NCBI GenBank assembly: GCA_043821365.1
Contig: JBDRCX010000006.1
Span: 356,113 to 420,112 of the forward strand
DNA from: Candidatus Micrarchaeota archaeon
GTDB taxonomy: Archaea > Micrarchaeota > Micrarchaeia > Anstonellales > Bilamarchaeaceae
Length of the DNA: 64,000 nucleotides
Direction: 5' to 3'
Shown: positions 36,032 to 45,636 of the stretch, piece by piece
Layout of the letters: each line of letters opens with the position of its first letter
Numbering within the stretch: the stretch's first letter is position 1
Program-made: the position numbers and the translations under genes
Notes under the pieces: generated by a model
What the model saw: only the letters and a program-made list of their open reading frames with translations
What the model was told of the DNA's origin: nothing
The model's database searches: none

Positions 36032-38271
36032 CTACCTATGTTTTGGAATATGTAAGTAAGAGTTTGTGCATTTGGTGCAAAATAATAATCTCCGTGTGTA
36101 AGCAAGGCAATATTAGTTAATTCAACTTCATCCACATCATACCCAAATCCTATTGTGTAAACAACTATGTCCCTGTCTCTACAATAAACTGCGCCAGTTA
36201 TTGAATTTCCTGTATTTGCTTTTCCATCAGTAAGTAAAACTATAACTTTGTTTGCCTCAGGTCTTGCTCTTGCAGAGGTAAGTTCATCTGCTGCATCTTC
36301 TAAACCACACTGGATACATGTATTCCCATATGGACTGAGCGTATCAATTGCATTTTTCAATGCTTGTTGGTTTGCCGGATCCATATCTTTCAATAGTTCA
36401 TCAAGTGTTGAGCTTGTGCTATAAGATACAAGGCCTGCTTGGATATTGTTACCAGCAATATCAATGAAGATTTTCGATGAATTCTTTGTTGCTGCCATCT
36501 TTGTTGGTGGTTGTTGGAATGAAAATTCTCTATTATACGCATAGCATCCGCTTGAGCTTCTCTTCAACCAAAGATCTATGGTAAATGGTGTTTCATATCC
36601 GGAAATATCCACCTCTTCTGTCAAAAATCCATAGTATGTGGAGGTTCTACTCCCAGTTGCTATTTCATTCCCATCGATAGTTGCACGGTAATAAACTGTA
36701 CATCCCCATGAACTTGCTCTGATTTCTGTTGAAAGGTCTGCAATATCTCCATCTGTCTGCTCTATTGTTATACTCTTCACCCATGACCATCCAGTACTAG
36801 ATGCCCATACACTGTTACTATTGGTTACCTCGGTAATATATTCGTCCATCGACCCTGATCTATCAAGCACAAGCATTAAGTCAACATCAACAATTCCAAA
36901 ACTATCATTGTAAATCCCACCAATGTTTCCTAGAGAATCAGTGCATTGATGGTAAGCAGTATGGTATCCAACTGGTAGGGGACCAACATTGTATGTAAAG
37001 TTCTCTGTTGGTGAATCCCACGATCCATCTGTTGGGAGGGAAGGGGACCACATACCATCATCTATTTTTACATTACATCCTTGCATGTCACTATTCCCAG
37101 TGTATGCATCTGTTGCGGTTCCACCAACTGTAATATTTGAAAGTGTTGTTGGCCATTCTGTATGGTTCATACTTATCACAATTGGCCCAAGCACATCCGA
37201 TTCACTTACCATAAAATAGTAATATGCTATTGGTCCAAGATTGTTCCAAACATCAGTACATCTTGTTCTAATCGTGTGTGGACCAAGTGCAAAACCTTCA
37301 GTATAATTGTAAACTGACAATTCTATGGTTTCATCATATGCTCCATCCATTGGAAGCATATCTTGCCAACTATCCTCGTTATCAGCATCAATTTCACAAC
37401 CTTTTATTGTACTGTTCCCAGTAAGCTCATCGCTTGCATTTACAAATATTGCAAGTGGTTCTAGTTTGATTGCAGGTGTCGGATCCTGGTAAATGTTCAC
37501 AACAAACGGTCCAAGCAAATCCTCTTCTGGTTCAGGTTCATAATAAGGAATAACATAAACAGTCACAGGTACATCAACATTCTCAGTATACCCCAAAGAG
37601 TCTAATGCAATCAGTTCTATTTTTCCAACATAGGTTCCACCTGCATCAAATGTTGATGTAAATTCCAAATCTATTGTTTCAGAATCATCAACAGTTAAGG
37701 AAAATGAACTTGGGACCCCGGTCATTTGTACATCCGGATTGTTCCATGTTGTTACTGTATTAACATCAAAATCTCTCACCCAAATATTTTTTACTGAAAA
37801 TGAAATGCTTTCTGTGCTATTGCTATCCATTACAACATAAATTCTATTTTTACTAAGTTCCATCATAGCGTCCCCTATACGGACTCTATTACCCTCAGAT
37901 ACCACCCAGACCCAATGGCCACCTGGGCTTGATGGAAGATACCCTCTTACATTAAAATTTTCAAGTGAAACATGATCAGTTCCAGCTGCTCTTATTCTAA
38001 TTGATTTATTGACAACTACTGAATATTCAGGTTCATACGTACTTGGTAGTTGTACGTATACTAATTTTTTGGAACCTTCGCCTTGGGCATAAACTTCTTT
38101 TGCAGCTGAGCTTAAATCCAATAAAGAATTTCTTGCATTGGTGTTATCATTCATATTCTGTATTGTCGTTATTTGTCCTTGTGACATTACAACTATTACA
38201 ATAAGTACAAGCATGGCAATTGTTAAGATTATAAGAAACTCCATGCTTGTTTGAGCTTTAGAACTTTGCAA
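36028..38271 (-). CDS. large pilin/adhesin with Ig-like repeats and a VWA domain
   Basis: KA/QTSMEF signal; two D..GP repeats; LVLDRSGSM, LLTDG and VYTIGFG MIDAS motifs. Confidence 0.85.
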   Translation of the reverse strand: MQSSKAQTSMEFLIILTIAMLVLIVIVVMSQGQITTIQNMNDNTNARNSLLDLSSAAKEVYAQGEGSKKLVYVQLPSTYEPEYSVVVNKSIRIRAAGTDHVSLENFNVRGYLPSSPGGHWVWVVSEGNRVRIGDAMMELSKNRIYVVMDSNSTESISFSVKNIWVRDFDVNTVTTWNNPDVQMTGVPSSFSLTVDDSETIDLEFTSTFDAGGTYVGKIELIALDSLGYTENVDVPVTVYVIPYYEPEPEEDLLGPFVVNIYQDPTPAIKLEPLAIFVNASDELTGNSTIKGCEIDADNEDSWQDMLPMDGAYDETIELSVYNYTEGFALGPHTIRTRCTDVWNNLGPIAYYYFMVSESDVLGPIVISMNHTEWPTTLSNITVGGTATDAYTGNSDMQGCNVKIDDGMWSPSLPTDGSWDSPTENFTYNVGPLPVGYHTAYHQCTDSLGNIGGIYNDSFGIVDVDLMLVLDRSGSMDEYITEVTNSNSVWASSTGWSWVKSITIEQTDGDIADLSTEIRASSWGCTVYYRATIDGNEIATGSRTSTYYGFLTEEVDISGYETPFTIDLWLKRSSSGCYAYNREFSFQQPPTKMAATKNSSKIFIDIAGNNIQAGLVSYSTSSTLDELLKDMDPANQQALKNAIDTLSPYGNTCIQCGLEDAADELTSARARPEANKVIVLLTDGKANTGNSITGAVYCRDRDIVVYTIGFGYDVDEVELTNIALLTHGDYYFAPNAQTLTYIFQNIGR

Positions 38272-38977
38272 CGTTCTTCAACTCCTTTCCAATCGCTATT
38301 CCGTTATCTGTAAGTTTAAATGTTCTTACTTGGTCAGTGTGCCTTGTGTCTCTCATTTTTACTATTTCAAGTGCTCTTATCCGGTGCCTTCCATCTCTAA
38401 GATTATATGTTTGTATAATACCATCACTTAAGAATCCTGATCGCCCTCTGTGTGGGTCATTTGGCATTATTGGTGTTTCTGATGTGACTAAAGTTGTTGC
38501 ATCCCAAGCTCGTAACATTTCAAACAAACCAAGTATCGATACATTTGCCCTGTATCTTTTTTCGAATAACATTTCAAATGCTGTTAATGAATCAACTACT
38601 ATTCTTTTTGCACCAAGAGATTCTACCGTATCTCTTATTGATCCTCCGCCTTCTTCCATAATTTTAAGTACTTCGTGGGGTTCATAGCGGATTATAGTAA
38701 ACATTTTTTTCTTTTCAAGTGCATCCAAATTCCATCCAAAACCATGAGCATGTTGGTGTATTTGTTGTTTTGATTCTGCAAAACTTATCAAAACTCCTGG
38801 GTCTTTGTACTTACTTGCACCAAAATAAAGATATTGTAAACATAATGTTGTTTTGCAGGTTCCAGTGCCTCCACGTATCATTATTGCACTATTTTTTGGC
38901 AACCCACCATTCACCATCTCATCCAGTCCATTGATGCCAGATGGGATTCTTTCTAGGATACAGGGTTTTTTTACCAT
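38258..38977 (-). CDS. KaiC/RAD55-like single-domain ATPase
   Basis: SGINGLDEMVNGGLP, GGTGTCKT, RIVVDSLT and LEIVKMR.T.H motifs. Confidence 0.9.
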   Translation of the reverse strand: MVKKPCILERIPSGINGLDEMVNGGLPKNSAIMIRGGTGTCKTTLCLQYLYFGASKYKDPGVLISFAESKQQIHQHAHGFGWNLDALEKKKMFTIIRYEPHEVLKIMEEGGGSIRDTVESLGAKRIVVDSLTAFEMLFEKRYRANVSILGLFEMLRAWDATTLVTSETPIMPNDPHRGRSGFLSDGIIQTYNLRDGRHRIRALEIVKMRDTRHTDQVRTFKLTDNGIAIGKELKNVAKF

Positions 38978-39068
38978 GGCATTTACTCTACATTATCTTT
39001 TATAAAAACTCGTTATTGACAAATTTTGAAACTAGTATTTATAAACATTAACAACCATAGGAGAACAC

Positions 39069-40436
39069 ATGAATCCAAAACCACCACTGTCACGTAGGTT
39101 TATTGATGTTCCAAAAATAGTTTCAGAGGGTCGTACAAGAGAATTTTTTCCAAGACTTTTACCGAACATTGAAACTATTAGAGGTACTGATTTCCCTCTT
39201 TTTGGTGCAAATGGTAGGGTGTACCTTGATTCAGGTGCTACAAGCCAAGAACCAAAAACTGTTATGGAACGTATGATGAATTATCGTACTAGTACTATTA
39301 GAGGGAGTAATCACTCGAAAATGTCTGTTGAAGCACGAAGAGCGCAAGAAGAATATGAAAATGCCAAATCAAAGCTTCGAAGATTCTTTGAAGCTAATAA
39401 TTATCATATAGTGTTTACCAGTGGTACAACTGGTTCATCAAATCTTCTTGCAACTCGTTTTGCATATGATAGGGACACTGTTGTTCTTATGACTGGGGCA
39501 GAACACAATTCACAAATCGTTACAGCTAGGAATTTTGCATCTGCTTCTGGGGTTAGGTATGGTTATGTGCCAGTTTCATTAGATGGACGTATGGACATTG
39601 ATAAATTAAGATACGTTACCCGACAACATACTGGTACTATACTGCTTAATCTTGTTCATGTTTCAAATGTAACCGGCGTAGTAAATGATGTTGAAATGAT
39701 CCGAAAAGCAGTTGGAGATAGAGTTTTTATATATCTTGATATGGCACAATCTGCTGGCCATATACCAATTGATCTTGATTCTCTAGGTGTTGATTTTGCT
39801 GGGGTCTCTGCACATAAAATGTATGGACCAACTGGTATTGGAGCGTTTTTTGTAAGTGAAAGAGGAGAACGCCATCTAACTAATTTAGTGAGTGGTGGCA
39901 GTGCAGTAAATTTGGTTTCAGAAAATGTAATTGCTTATGCTAATAGCCCTGAACGTTTTGAACCAGGCACACAAAACATAGAAGGAGCTATAGAATGGGG
40001 CTATGCACTTGATTATTTATCTTATATTGGAATGGTAAAAATTGCAGCTCATGATGAAGAACTCGGTGAATACTTTGGTCAAGAATTAGCTAAGATTGGA
40101 GGTCTTATTCTACATTCGCCAAATACTACAGAAGGCCGTGTTCCAATTTTTGTCTTCAACATGCGATCTCTTCACTATACTGATCTTGCAAAAGAACTAG
40201 ACGATCGCGGTATTAGTGTTAGGGATGGTTGTTTTTGTGCTCATTTGCTCATGTCAAGATTATTGGGCAAACCACCAGAAGTTATGGATTTAATGGCTTC
40301 ATTATTCGCTGCAACTGGTGGAGATCCAAGCATGCTTCCAGGGGCTGTTCGTGCTTCATTTGCATTTTACAATAATCTTCAAGACGCACATAAAGCAGTT
40401 ATGACGATTAATGCCATTGCGGAGAGATATTGGTAG
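39069..40436 (+). CDS. SufS-like cysteine desulfurase (class V aminotransferase)
   Basis: YLDSGATSQ, EHNS, HVSNVTG, SAHKMYGPTGIG, RDGCFCAH and RASF.FYN motifs. Confidence 0.9.
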   Translation: MNPKPPLSRRFIDVPKIVSEGRTREFFPRLLPNIETIRGTDFPLFGANGRVYLDSGATSQEPKTVMERMMNYRTSTIRGSNHSKMSVEARRAQEEYENAKSKLRRFFEANNYHIVFTSGTTGSSNLLATRFAYDRDTVVLMTGAEHNSQIVTARNFASASGVRYGYVPVSLDGRMDIDKLRYVTRQHTGTILLNLVHVSNVTGVVNDVEMIRKAVGDRVFIYLDMAQSAGHIPIDLDSLGVDFAGVSAHKMYGPTGIGAFFVSERGERHLTNLVSGGSAVNLVSENVIAYANSPERFEPGTQNIEGAIEWGYALDYLSYIGMVKIAAHDEELGEYFGQELAKIGGLILHSPNTTEGRVPIFVFNMRSLHYTDLAKELDDRGISVRDGCFCAHLLMSRLLGKPPEVMDLMASLFAATGGDPSMLPGAVRASFAFYNNLQDAHKAVMTINAIAERYW

Positions 40437-40494
40437 TATTTAAAAATTCTCCCTTGTACATTATTTCAATACTTGTTCTCCCGAAGTGATTTTG

Positions 40495-41121
40495 ATGGAT
40501 AATCAAAAAGAAGCTATACAGACCGGTACTACGACAGTCGGTTTGGTATGTAAAGATGGTGTCGTTTTAGCCAGTGACCGAAGAGCCACAATGGGGTATC
40601 TTATTGCAAGCAAAGATATTGATAAAGTCTATCAAGTTTCTGATCGTATTGCAATGACTATTGCAGGTGGAGTCGGTGATGCACAAACATTAATCAGATG
40701 GATGACTGCAGAACTTAAACTCTATGAACTTAAGAATGAAAAACCAGCAACAGTTGAAGCAGCAGCCACATTATTGGCAAACATACTCACACAATATAAG
40801 TTCTATCCATTTTTTGTCCAACTGCTTATCGGTGGTATGGATGAAAGACCAAGGCTTTTTTCAGTTGATATGCTTGGTGGTGTTACTGAAGAAAAATTAA
40901 CATCAACTGGAAGTGGTTCTCCTATTGCCTATGGTGTTTTGGAAGAACTTTATAGAGAGGATAAAGATATTCACTCAAACCTTACCATTGCTGCAAAAGC
41001 AGTAAGTGCAGCTATGAAAAGAGATGCTGCAAGCGGTGAACGTGTTGATTTGACGATGGTAACAAAAACAGGTTTCACGAGATTATCAAAAGACGAAGTC
41101 TCAAAACTTCTAAATGCATAA
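40495..41121 (+). CDS. psmB: proteasome beta subunit
   Basis: TG/TTTVG processing site; DRRATMG; GSGSP. Confidence 0.95.
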   Translation: MDNQKEAIQTGTTTVGLVCKDGVVLASDRRATMGYLIASKDIDKVYQVSDRIAMTIAGGVGDAQTLIRWMTAELKLYELKNEKPATVEAAATLLANILTQYKFYPFFVQLLIGGMDERPRLFSVDMLGGVTEEKLTSTGSGSPIAYGVLEELYREDKDIHSNLTIAAKAVSAAMKRDAASGERVDLTMVTKTGFTRLSKDEVSKLLNA

Positions 41122-41199
41122 TTTTTTTGTTTTTTAATTTATCTGTCTTTTCATTACTTCCAAGTAATCTATATAAAATAAAAAATCAGAGGTGTTTCA

Positions 41200-43095
41200 T
41201 TGCACTACAAAGACATTGTAAAAAGAATAAGCGAAATAATGCCTCCTCAATGTGAGGTTACAAAAGTTGAACCAGAAGGTCTATCTACAGTCATATATAT
41301 AAAAAATATAAATGCTTTTTATTCAAATGATCGTTTGATAAAAGAACTAGCCAGTGCACTTAAGAAAAAGGTAACGATAAGAGTTGACCCAACTGAACTT
41401 ACTGAAATTAGTGAAGCGAAATCAATCATCGAATCAACTGTTCCAAAAGAAGCAGATATCAAGAACATAACATTTGTTCCTGAAATGTGCGAAGTACGTA
41501 TAGAAGCAATAAAACCAGGGCTTGTTATTGGTAAAGGGGGATCAGTACTCAAAGAAATTATGCTCAAAACAAGATGGGCACCAGTTACATTGCGTTCGCC
41601 TACCATGCCTTCAGCAACAATTGATGGTATCCGTAAGATCAATGTTCTTGAGGCTCCAGAACGCAAAAAATTCTTAGTTAATATTGGTAAAAAAATCTGC
41701 CAGCCAACTCCTGCAGGTGATTGGATAAGAATAATGGCTCTTGGTGGTTTTAGGGAAATCGGTCGTTCATGTTTACTTGTACAGACTCCAAACAGCAAAG
41801 TTTTGCTTGATGTTGGTGTAAACACTGCAACATCAGATCCAACTCGCGCCTATCCATATTTGAATATGGCAGGGTTTTCTCTTGAAGAAATTGATGCTGT
41901 AGTGATAAGCCATGGGCATATGGATCACATGGGCTTTTTACCCTATTTGTATGCCTATGGGTATAATGGCCCCGTCTATTGCACTCCTCCAACAAGAGAC
42001 TTCATGGTGCTTTTACAACAAGATTATCTTAATTTGTGCAAAAAAGCATTCAATGTCGATGCACCATATACAAAAAAAGACATTTACAAGGAACTTCGAA
42101 ATGTGATAACTGTTGATTATGAAGAAGTAGTTGACATTACCCCCGAAATCAAAATGACCCTCTACAATGCAGGTCATATATTGGGCAGTGCAAGTATACA
42201 TCTTCATATCGGAGAGGGTGCACACAATCTTGTTTATTCTGGTGATATTAAATTTGGTTTTACAAGACTGTTCGATCCTGCAACAACTCATTTCCCAAGG
42301 CTTGAAACATTGCTTATTGAAAGTACATATGGGGGCAGAAATGACATTTCAGTAAACAGATTTGATAGTGAAACAAAATTATTCAATATAATAAAGGAAA
42401 CAATTGCAAAAAGGGGAAAAGTTCTTATTCCTGTTTTTGCTGTTGGTAGATCTCAGGAAATTATGCTTGTTCTTGAGGATCTTGTAAGGAGAGAACCAGA
42501 TTTCAACATACCAATTTATATCGACGGTATGATTCTTGAAGCATCTGCAATACACACTGCATATCCAGAATATTTAAGAGAACAACTCCAGCGCAGAATT
42601 CTCTCTGACCGCAGTCCTTTTGAGTCTCCACTGATAAAAGTTGCAAAAGGAACATCCAAAGAGGAAATTGTTAATGGAGAACCAGCAATCATTCTTGCCC
42701 CATCAGGTATGCTTACTGGTGGTCCTTCATACGAATACCTTAAGCTCATGTCTGACAATCCAAACAATACTCTTGTTTTTGTTGGTTATCAAAGTGCACT
42801 TTCATTAGGTAGCAAAATACAACAGGGAATGAAAGAATTACCTATTCTTGGGGACGATGGTAAGATGAAGACATTGAAAATCAATATGCGTGTTGAAACT
42901 GCAGAAGGGTTTTCAGGACATAGTGATCGGGCCCAACTTATGGCATATCTTAAAAATCTTCGTCCAACTCCTGAAAGAATAATGACAATGCACGGAGATT
43001 GGGGTAAAACTGAAGAATTTGCCCGTTCAATTGGCATGATGCTGAGAAAGGATTCGAGGGCTCTTGCTGATCTTGAAGCAACTAGGCTAAAGTGA
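41200..43095 (+). CDS. fttA: aCPSF1/FttA beta-CASP RNase with KH domains
   Basis: KPGLVIGKGG KH motif; LGGFREIGRS; SHGHMDH; GFSGHSDR; follows psmB. Confidence 0.93.
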   Translation: MHYKDIVKRISEIMPPQCEVTKVEPEGLSTVIYIKNINAFYSNDRLIKELASALKKKVTIRVDPTELTEISEAKSIIESTVPKEADIKNITFVPEMCEVRIEAIKPGLVIGKGGSVLKEIMLKTRWAPVTLRSPTMPSATIDGIRKINVLEAPERKKFLVNIGKKICQPTPAGDWIRIMALGGFREIGRSCLLVQTPNSKVLLDVGVNTATSDPTRAYPYLNMAGFSLEEIDAVVISHGHMDHMGFLPYLYAYGYNGPVYCTPPTRDFMVLLQQDYLNLCKKAFNVDAPYTKKDIYKELRNVITVDYEEVVDITPEIKMTLYNAGHILGSASIHLHIGEGAHNLVYSGDIKFGFTRLFDPATTHFPRLETLLIESTYGGRNDISVNRFDSETKLFNIIKETIAKRGKVLIPVFAVGRSQEIMLVLEDLVRREPDFNIPIYIDGMILEASAIHTAYPEYLREQLQRRILSDRSPFESPLIKVAKGTSKEEIVNGEPAIILAPSGMLTGGPSYEYLKLMSDNPNNTLVFVGYQSALSLGSKIQQGMKELPILGDDGKMKTLKINMRVETAEGFSGHSDRAQLMAYLKNLRPTPERIMTMHGDWGKTEEFARSIGMMLRKDSRALADLEATRLK

Positions 43096-43130
43096 AAAGA
43101 AACCAAGGTTTCCTTTCTAACCTTCCTTTG
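43094..43130. repeat. palindromic intergenic repeat family 2 (copies also at 44891-44919 and 56250-56275)
   Basis: GAAAAGAAACC-AA-GGTTTCCTTTC, TGTGGAACC-AA-GGTTCCACA and GAAAGCC-AAA-GGCTTTC, each with an ACCT(T/C)..TTT tail on one side. Confidence 0.55.
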
Positions 43131-44126
43131 CTATTCTAACATTATTCCTTCTTTTATTTCAATTAATCTTCCTAATGCTTCATCAAGAGTTTCAACTTCT
43201 ATAGCTTTGATTCCAATGCTTTTTGGAGTCACATTTAGGTTTGTTTCTATTTCTTTTACTGCTATTATGGGTATTTTCTTTTTCATGGACTCAAATACTG
43301 GTATCCCACCGCATGCAGAATGTGGAATGACAAGCGCAGAAACATCTTCAATTCCAATTCCTTTTTTAGATATTTTAGGTGCTCTGGAAAGTCCAATTAA
43401 CACGCAACCTAAGTAAGCAGGGGATATTGCTTCTTCACCTGCTCTCCAATAAACTACTTCATCTTTGAGATTCAGTTTCCAATCTTTTTCAGAAACAAGA
43501 GGAGCATGCGCAGCTGGCATCTTGTATTTCTTTACTACATAATGGGAAACAACGGCTTCCAGTGCACCGACTGGGTTTGGTAGTTTTCCTTTGTAATATT
43601 CTTCCCATAGCTTAGGATCAGAATCTATCTGGATGCTGAGTGCTATGCTTTGTGCTCCTTTTGCAATTAATTTTTTGATTGGTTTGTCGAATTGTGTTAG
43701 GTCTTTTATGCTGCCATAGGCAACTCCATTTTTTATTATTGCTTCAGCACCAACTTTTTTCCCTGTCATTTCAATTCCAACAACATTTATGCCGCCATCT
43801 GCATGCAATCCATTCACTGTATTTTTTAGTAATGCCATTGCACCTTTATCATCATTTTTTTCAACTACAACGCCTATTCTGTTTCCTTTTGACGGATCTA
43901 ATTTTATCTCTCCTCGAAAAAACATATCAAAAAGAGTTCCTTCAGTATACACAATATTCTCTCTCATAAGATTGAGGACGCCACCATTTACTACATTTGG
44001 ATGTGTTATTGTATAATCTGAAATAGAAGCTATCAGATTTGCAAATGGTGTGGCATCACCTAAGTATCCACCTACCGAAGCCTTTATTCCAGTTGGAATC
44101 ATTAATGTGGTTATGAATGCGCACAT
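43131..44126 (-). CDS. DUF3326-like protein of unknown function
   Basis: IPTGI.ASVGGY.GDA, ITHPNVVNG, P.GALEAVVSH, PAAHAP, EEAIS..YL.CVL.GLSRAP. Confidence 0.75.
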   Translation of the reverse strand: MCAFITTLMIPTGIKASVGGYLGDATPFANLIASISDYTITHPNVVNGGVLNLMRENIVYTEGTLFDMFFRGEIKLDPSKGNRIGVVVEKNDDKGAMALLKNTVNGLHADGGINVVGIEMTGKKVGAEAIIKNGVAYGSIKDLTQFDKPIKKLIAKGAQSIALSIQIDSDPKLWEEYYKGKLPNPVGALEAVVSHYVVKKYKMPAAHAPLVSEKDWKLNLKDEVVYWRAGEEAISPAYLGCVLIGLSRAPKISKKGIGIEDVSALVIPHSACGGIPVFESMKKKIPIIAVKEIETNLNVTPKSIGIKAIEVETLDEALGRLIEIKEGIMLE

Positions 44127-44260
44127 AGTATCGTTACTCCATTTTTCTCAACTCTGATTACACCACTGCGAAGACATTTCATTTTTTTCATTGCTTTATC
44201 TATTGTTTTCCAGTTTTTTGATTTTACAAATATGAAATCTGTTTTTGCTTTTTTACCCAT
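44111..44260 (-). CDS. small basic protein (49 aa), not in ORF track
   Basis: MGKKAKTDFIFVKSKNWKTIDKAMKKMKCLRSGVIRVEKNGVTILCAHS*; GGGTGA SD upstream; overlaps the DUF3326 start. Confidence 0.55.
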   Translation of the reverse strand: MGKKAKTDFIFVKSKNWKTIDKAMKKMKCLRSGVIRVEKNGVTILCAHS

Positions 44261-44357
44261 GATTTGTTCACCCAGTGTGGCTTTTTATATACTTAACGCA
44301 ATTCAAGAAGCTTTAAAAGACTTTTTACGTTATACCTTCAATTCTTAGGTAGATACT

Positions 44358-44441
44358 ATGAAACCATTGTCCATAGACGAAGAAGATTTTGATGAGGACG
44401 ACGATTTCGAAGAAGATGAATGGGGCGAAGAGGATGATTGA
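44358..44441 (+). CDS. hyper-acidic micropeptide 1 (27 aa)
   Basis: MKPLSIDEEDFDEDDDFEEDEWGEEDD*; AGGTAGA upstream. Confidence 0.75.
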   Translation: MKPLSIDEEDFDEDDDFEEDEWGEEDD

Positions 44442-44442
44442 T

Positions 44443-44526
44443 ATGATATTTAAAATCGATGAAGAAGACGATTTTGATGAAAATGATGATTCAGAAGATG
44501 AATGGACAGACGAGGAAGATGATTAA
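44443..44526 (+). CDS. hyper-acidic micropeptide 2 (27 aa)
   Basis: MIFKIDEEDDFDENDDSEDEWTDEEDD*; starts 1 nt after the stop of peptide 1. Confidence 0.7.
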   Translation: MIFKIDEEDDFDENDDSEDEWTDEEDD

Positions 44527-44603
44527 TGCGTCCCTTATCCATTGATGAAGAAGAAGACCTAGATGATGATTTCGAAGATGAAGATTGGGGCGAGGAAGAT
44601 TAA
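44526..44603 (+). CDS. hyper-acidic micropeptide 3 (25 aa)
   Basis: MRPLSIDEEEDLDDDFEDEDWGEED*; TAATG overlap with peptide 2; followed by T-runs. Confidence 0.75.
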   Translation: MRPLSIDEEEDLDDDFEDEDWGEED

Positions 44604-44675
44604 TTTTTATTTTTTCTAATGTTTTTAAACCTCTCTTAGGATAATATAACCTATTCTTGAGTGTTTCTCAGGTGT

Positions 44676-44878
44676 GGGCCCGTAGCTCAGTGCGGTTTTT
44701 TGGAAAAAAAAGCGCGAGTAGCTTGGATAGAGCGGCAGCCTTCTAACTTAAGGAAAAGATAAATGGCCAGTTTTGGTTCAACATTTTCCTAAAAGGTTGA
44801 AAGCTGTAGGCCAGGGGTTCAAAAGCTTTGCGCTGGCGCGCAAAATTTGCCAGCAAGCTGACAATCCCCTCGGGCCCG
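44676..44878 (+). tRNA. tRNA-Arg(TCT) with three introns: 15/16 (44691-44721), 37/38 (44746-44801), T-loop (~44823-44863)
   Basis: Acceptor GGGCCCG/CGGGCCC; spliced D arm GCTC AGCTTGGATA GAGC, anticodon arm GCAGC CT-TCT-AA GCTGT, T arm AGGGG TTCAAAT CCCCT. Confidence 0.9.
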
Positions 44879-44963
44879 TTTTGGTTTGTTTGTGGAACCA
44901 AGGTTCCACACCTCATTTTATTTATTGGGAGTAGACTAATTACAAGAACCAAAGATCAAAAAT

Positions 44964-45554
44964 CTAACTCATCACATCAGATAAAATTTGATATGCTCTT
45001 GCAGTGTCTGCTTGTTTTACCACTAATATTGTATCAGTGTAGCACGAAATAAATTCAACTATATTTATTCCTTCTGAAGCAAGTGCACTCAGAATATGGG
45101 ATATTACACCAGGAACTTCTTCAAGATCTTCTGGACTTTCTATTGTTATTAAATTAAGATTTTCTTCGCTTTTCCAAATCATCTTTTTCGGAATTTTTTC
45201 AAAATCTTTTTGTTCAAGTATATAAGTCACATGCCTACCAGATTTTGCATGGGAAAGTGGTTTTAGTTCATCAATCTCTTTTTTTGTTATGGCGACAACT
45301 ACTTTATTTTTTATTATCATCGAACTCTTTTTCAAGACATTCAATATTCTTCCTTCCAAATCATCCTGCATTTTTTCTATTCTTTTACTGCTTCTGATGA
45401 GTGCCATTTTTATTGCATCTTCATTCTCACTGCCTATGTCGTCAGCTATTTTTCTGGCCAGTGAAGAATAATTGACAATCCCAGCACGAATAATATCTTT
45501 GAGAAAAGGGCGTTGCTTTAAGTATAACCAAACCAACTCAGATGTACTTGTCAT
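44964..45554 (-). CDS. ACT-domain regulatory protein, divergent from the arg operon
   Basis: INYSSLARKI-type N-terminal domain (IVNYSSLARKI); C-terminal PGVISHIL.AL.SEGINIVEFISC.TD ACT domain. Confidence 0.8.
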   Translation of the reverse strand: MTSTSELVWLYLKQRPFLKDIIRAGIVNYSSLARKIADDIGSENEDAIKMALIRSSKRIEKMQDDLEGRILNVLKKSSMIIKNKVVVAITKKEIDELKPLSHAKSGRHVTYILEQKDFEKIPKKMIWKSEENLNLITIESPEDLEEVPGVISHILSALASEGINIVEFISCYTDTILVVKQADTARAYQILSDVMS

Positions 45555-45636
45555 AGTTCTATTTGGAACAAGTATGTCTATAAATGTAACATCTGTCGCG
45601 TAATATTTAAATATGAATTTTTACCCACACTCTACC

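Noticed and set aside
44358-44603. CRISPR or satellite interpretation of the ~84-nt periodic repeat
   Set aside because: No identical repeats or unique spacers; similarity follows codons.
44743-45052. ORFs 44743..44952(-) and 44828..45052(+)
   Set aside because: Spurious frames across tRNA-Arg(TCT).
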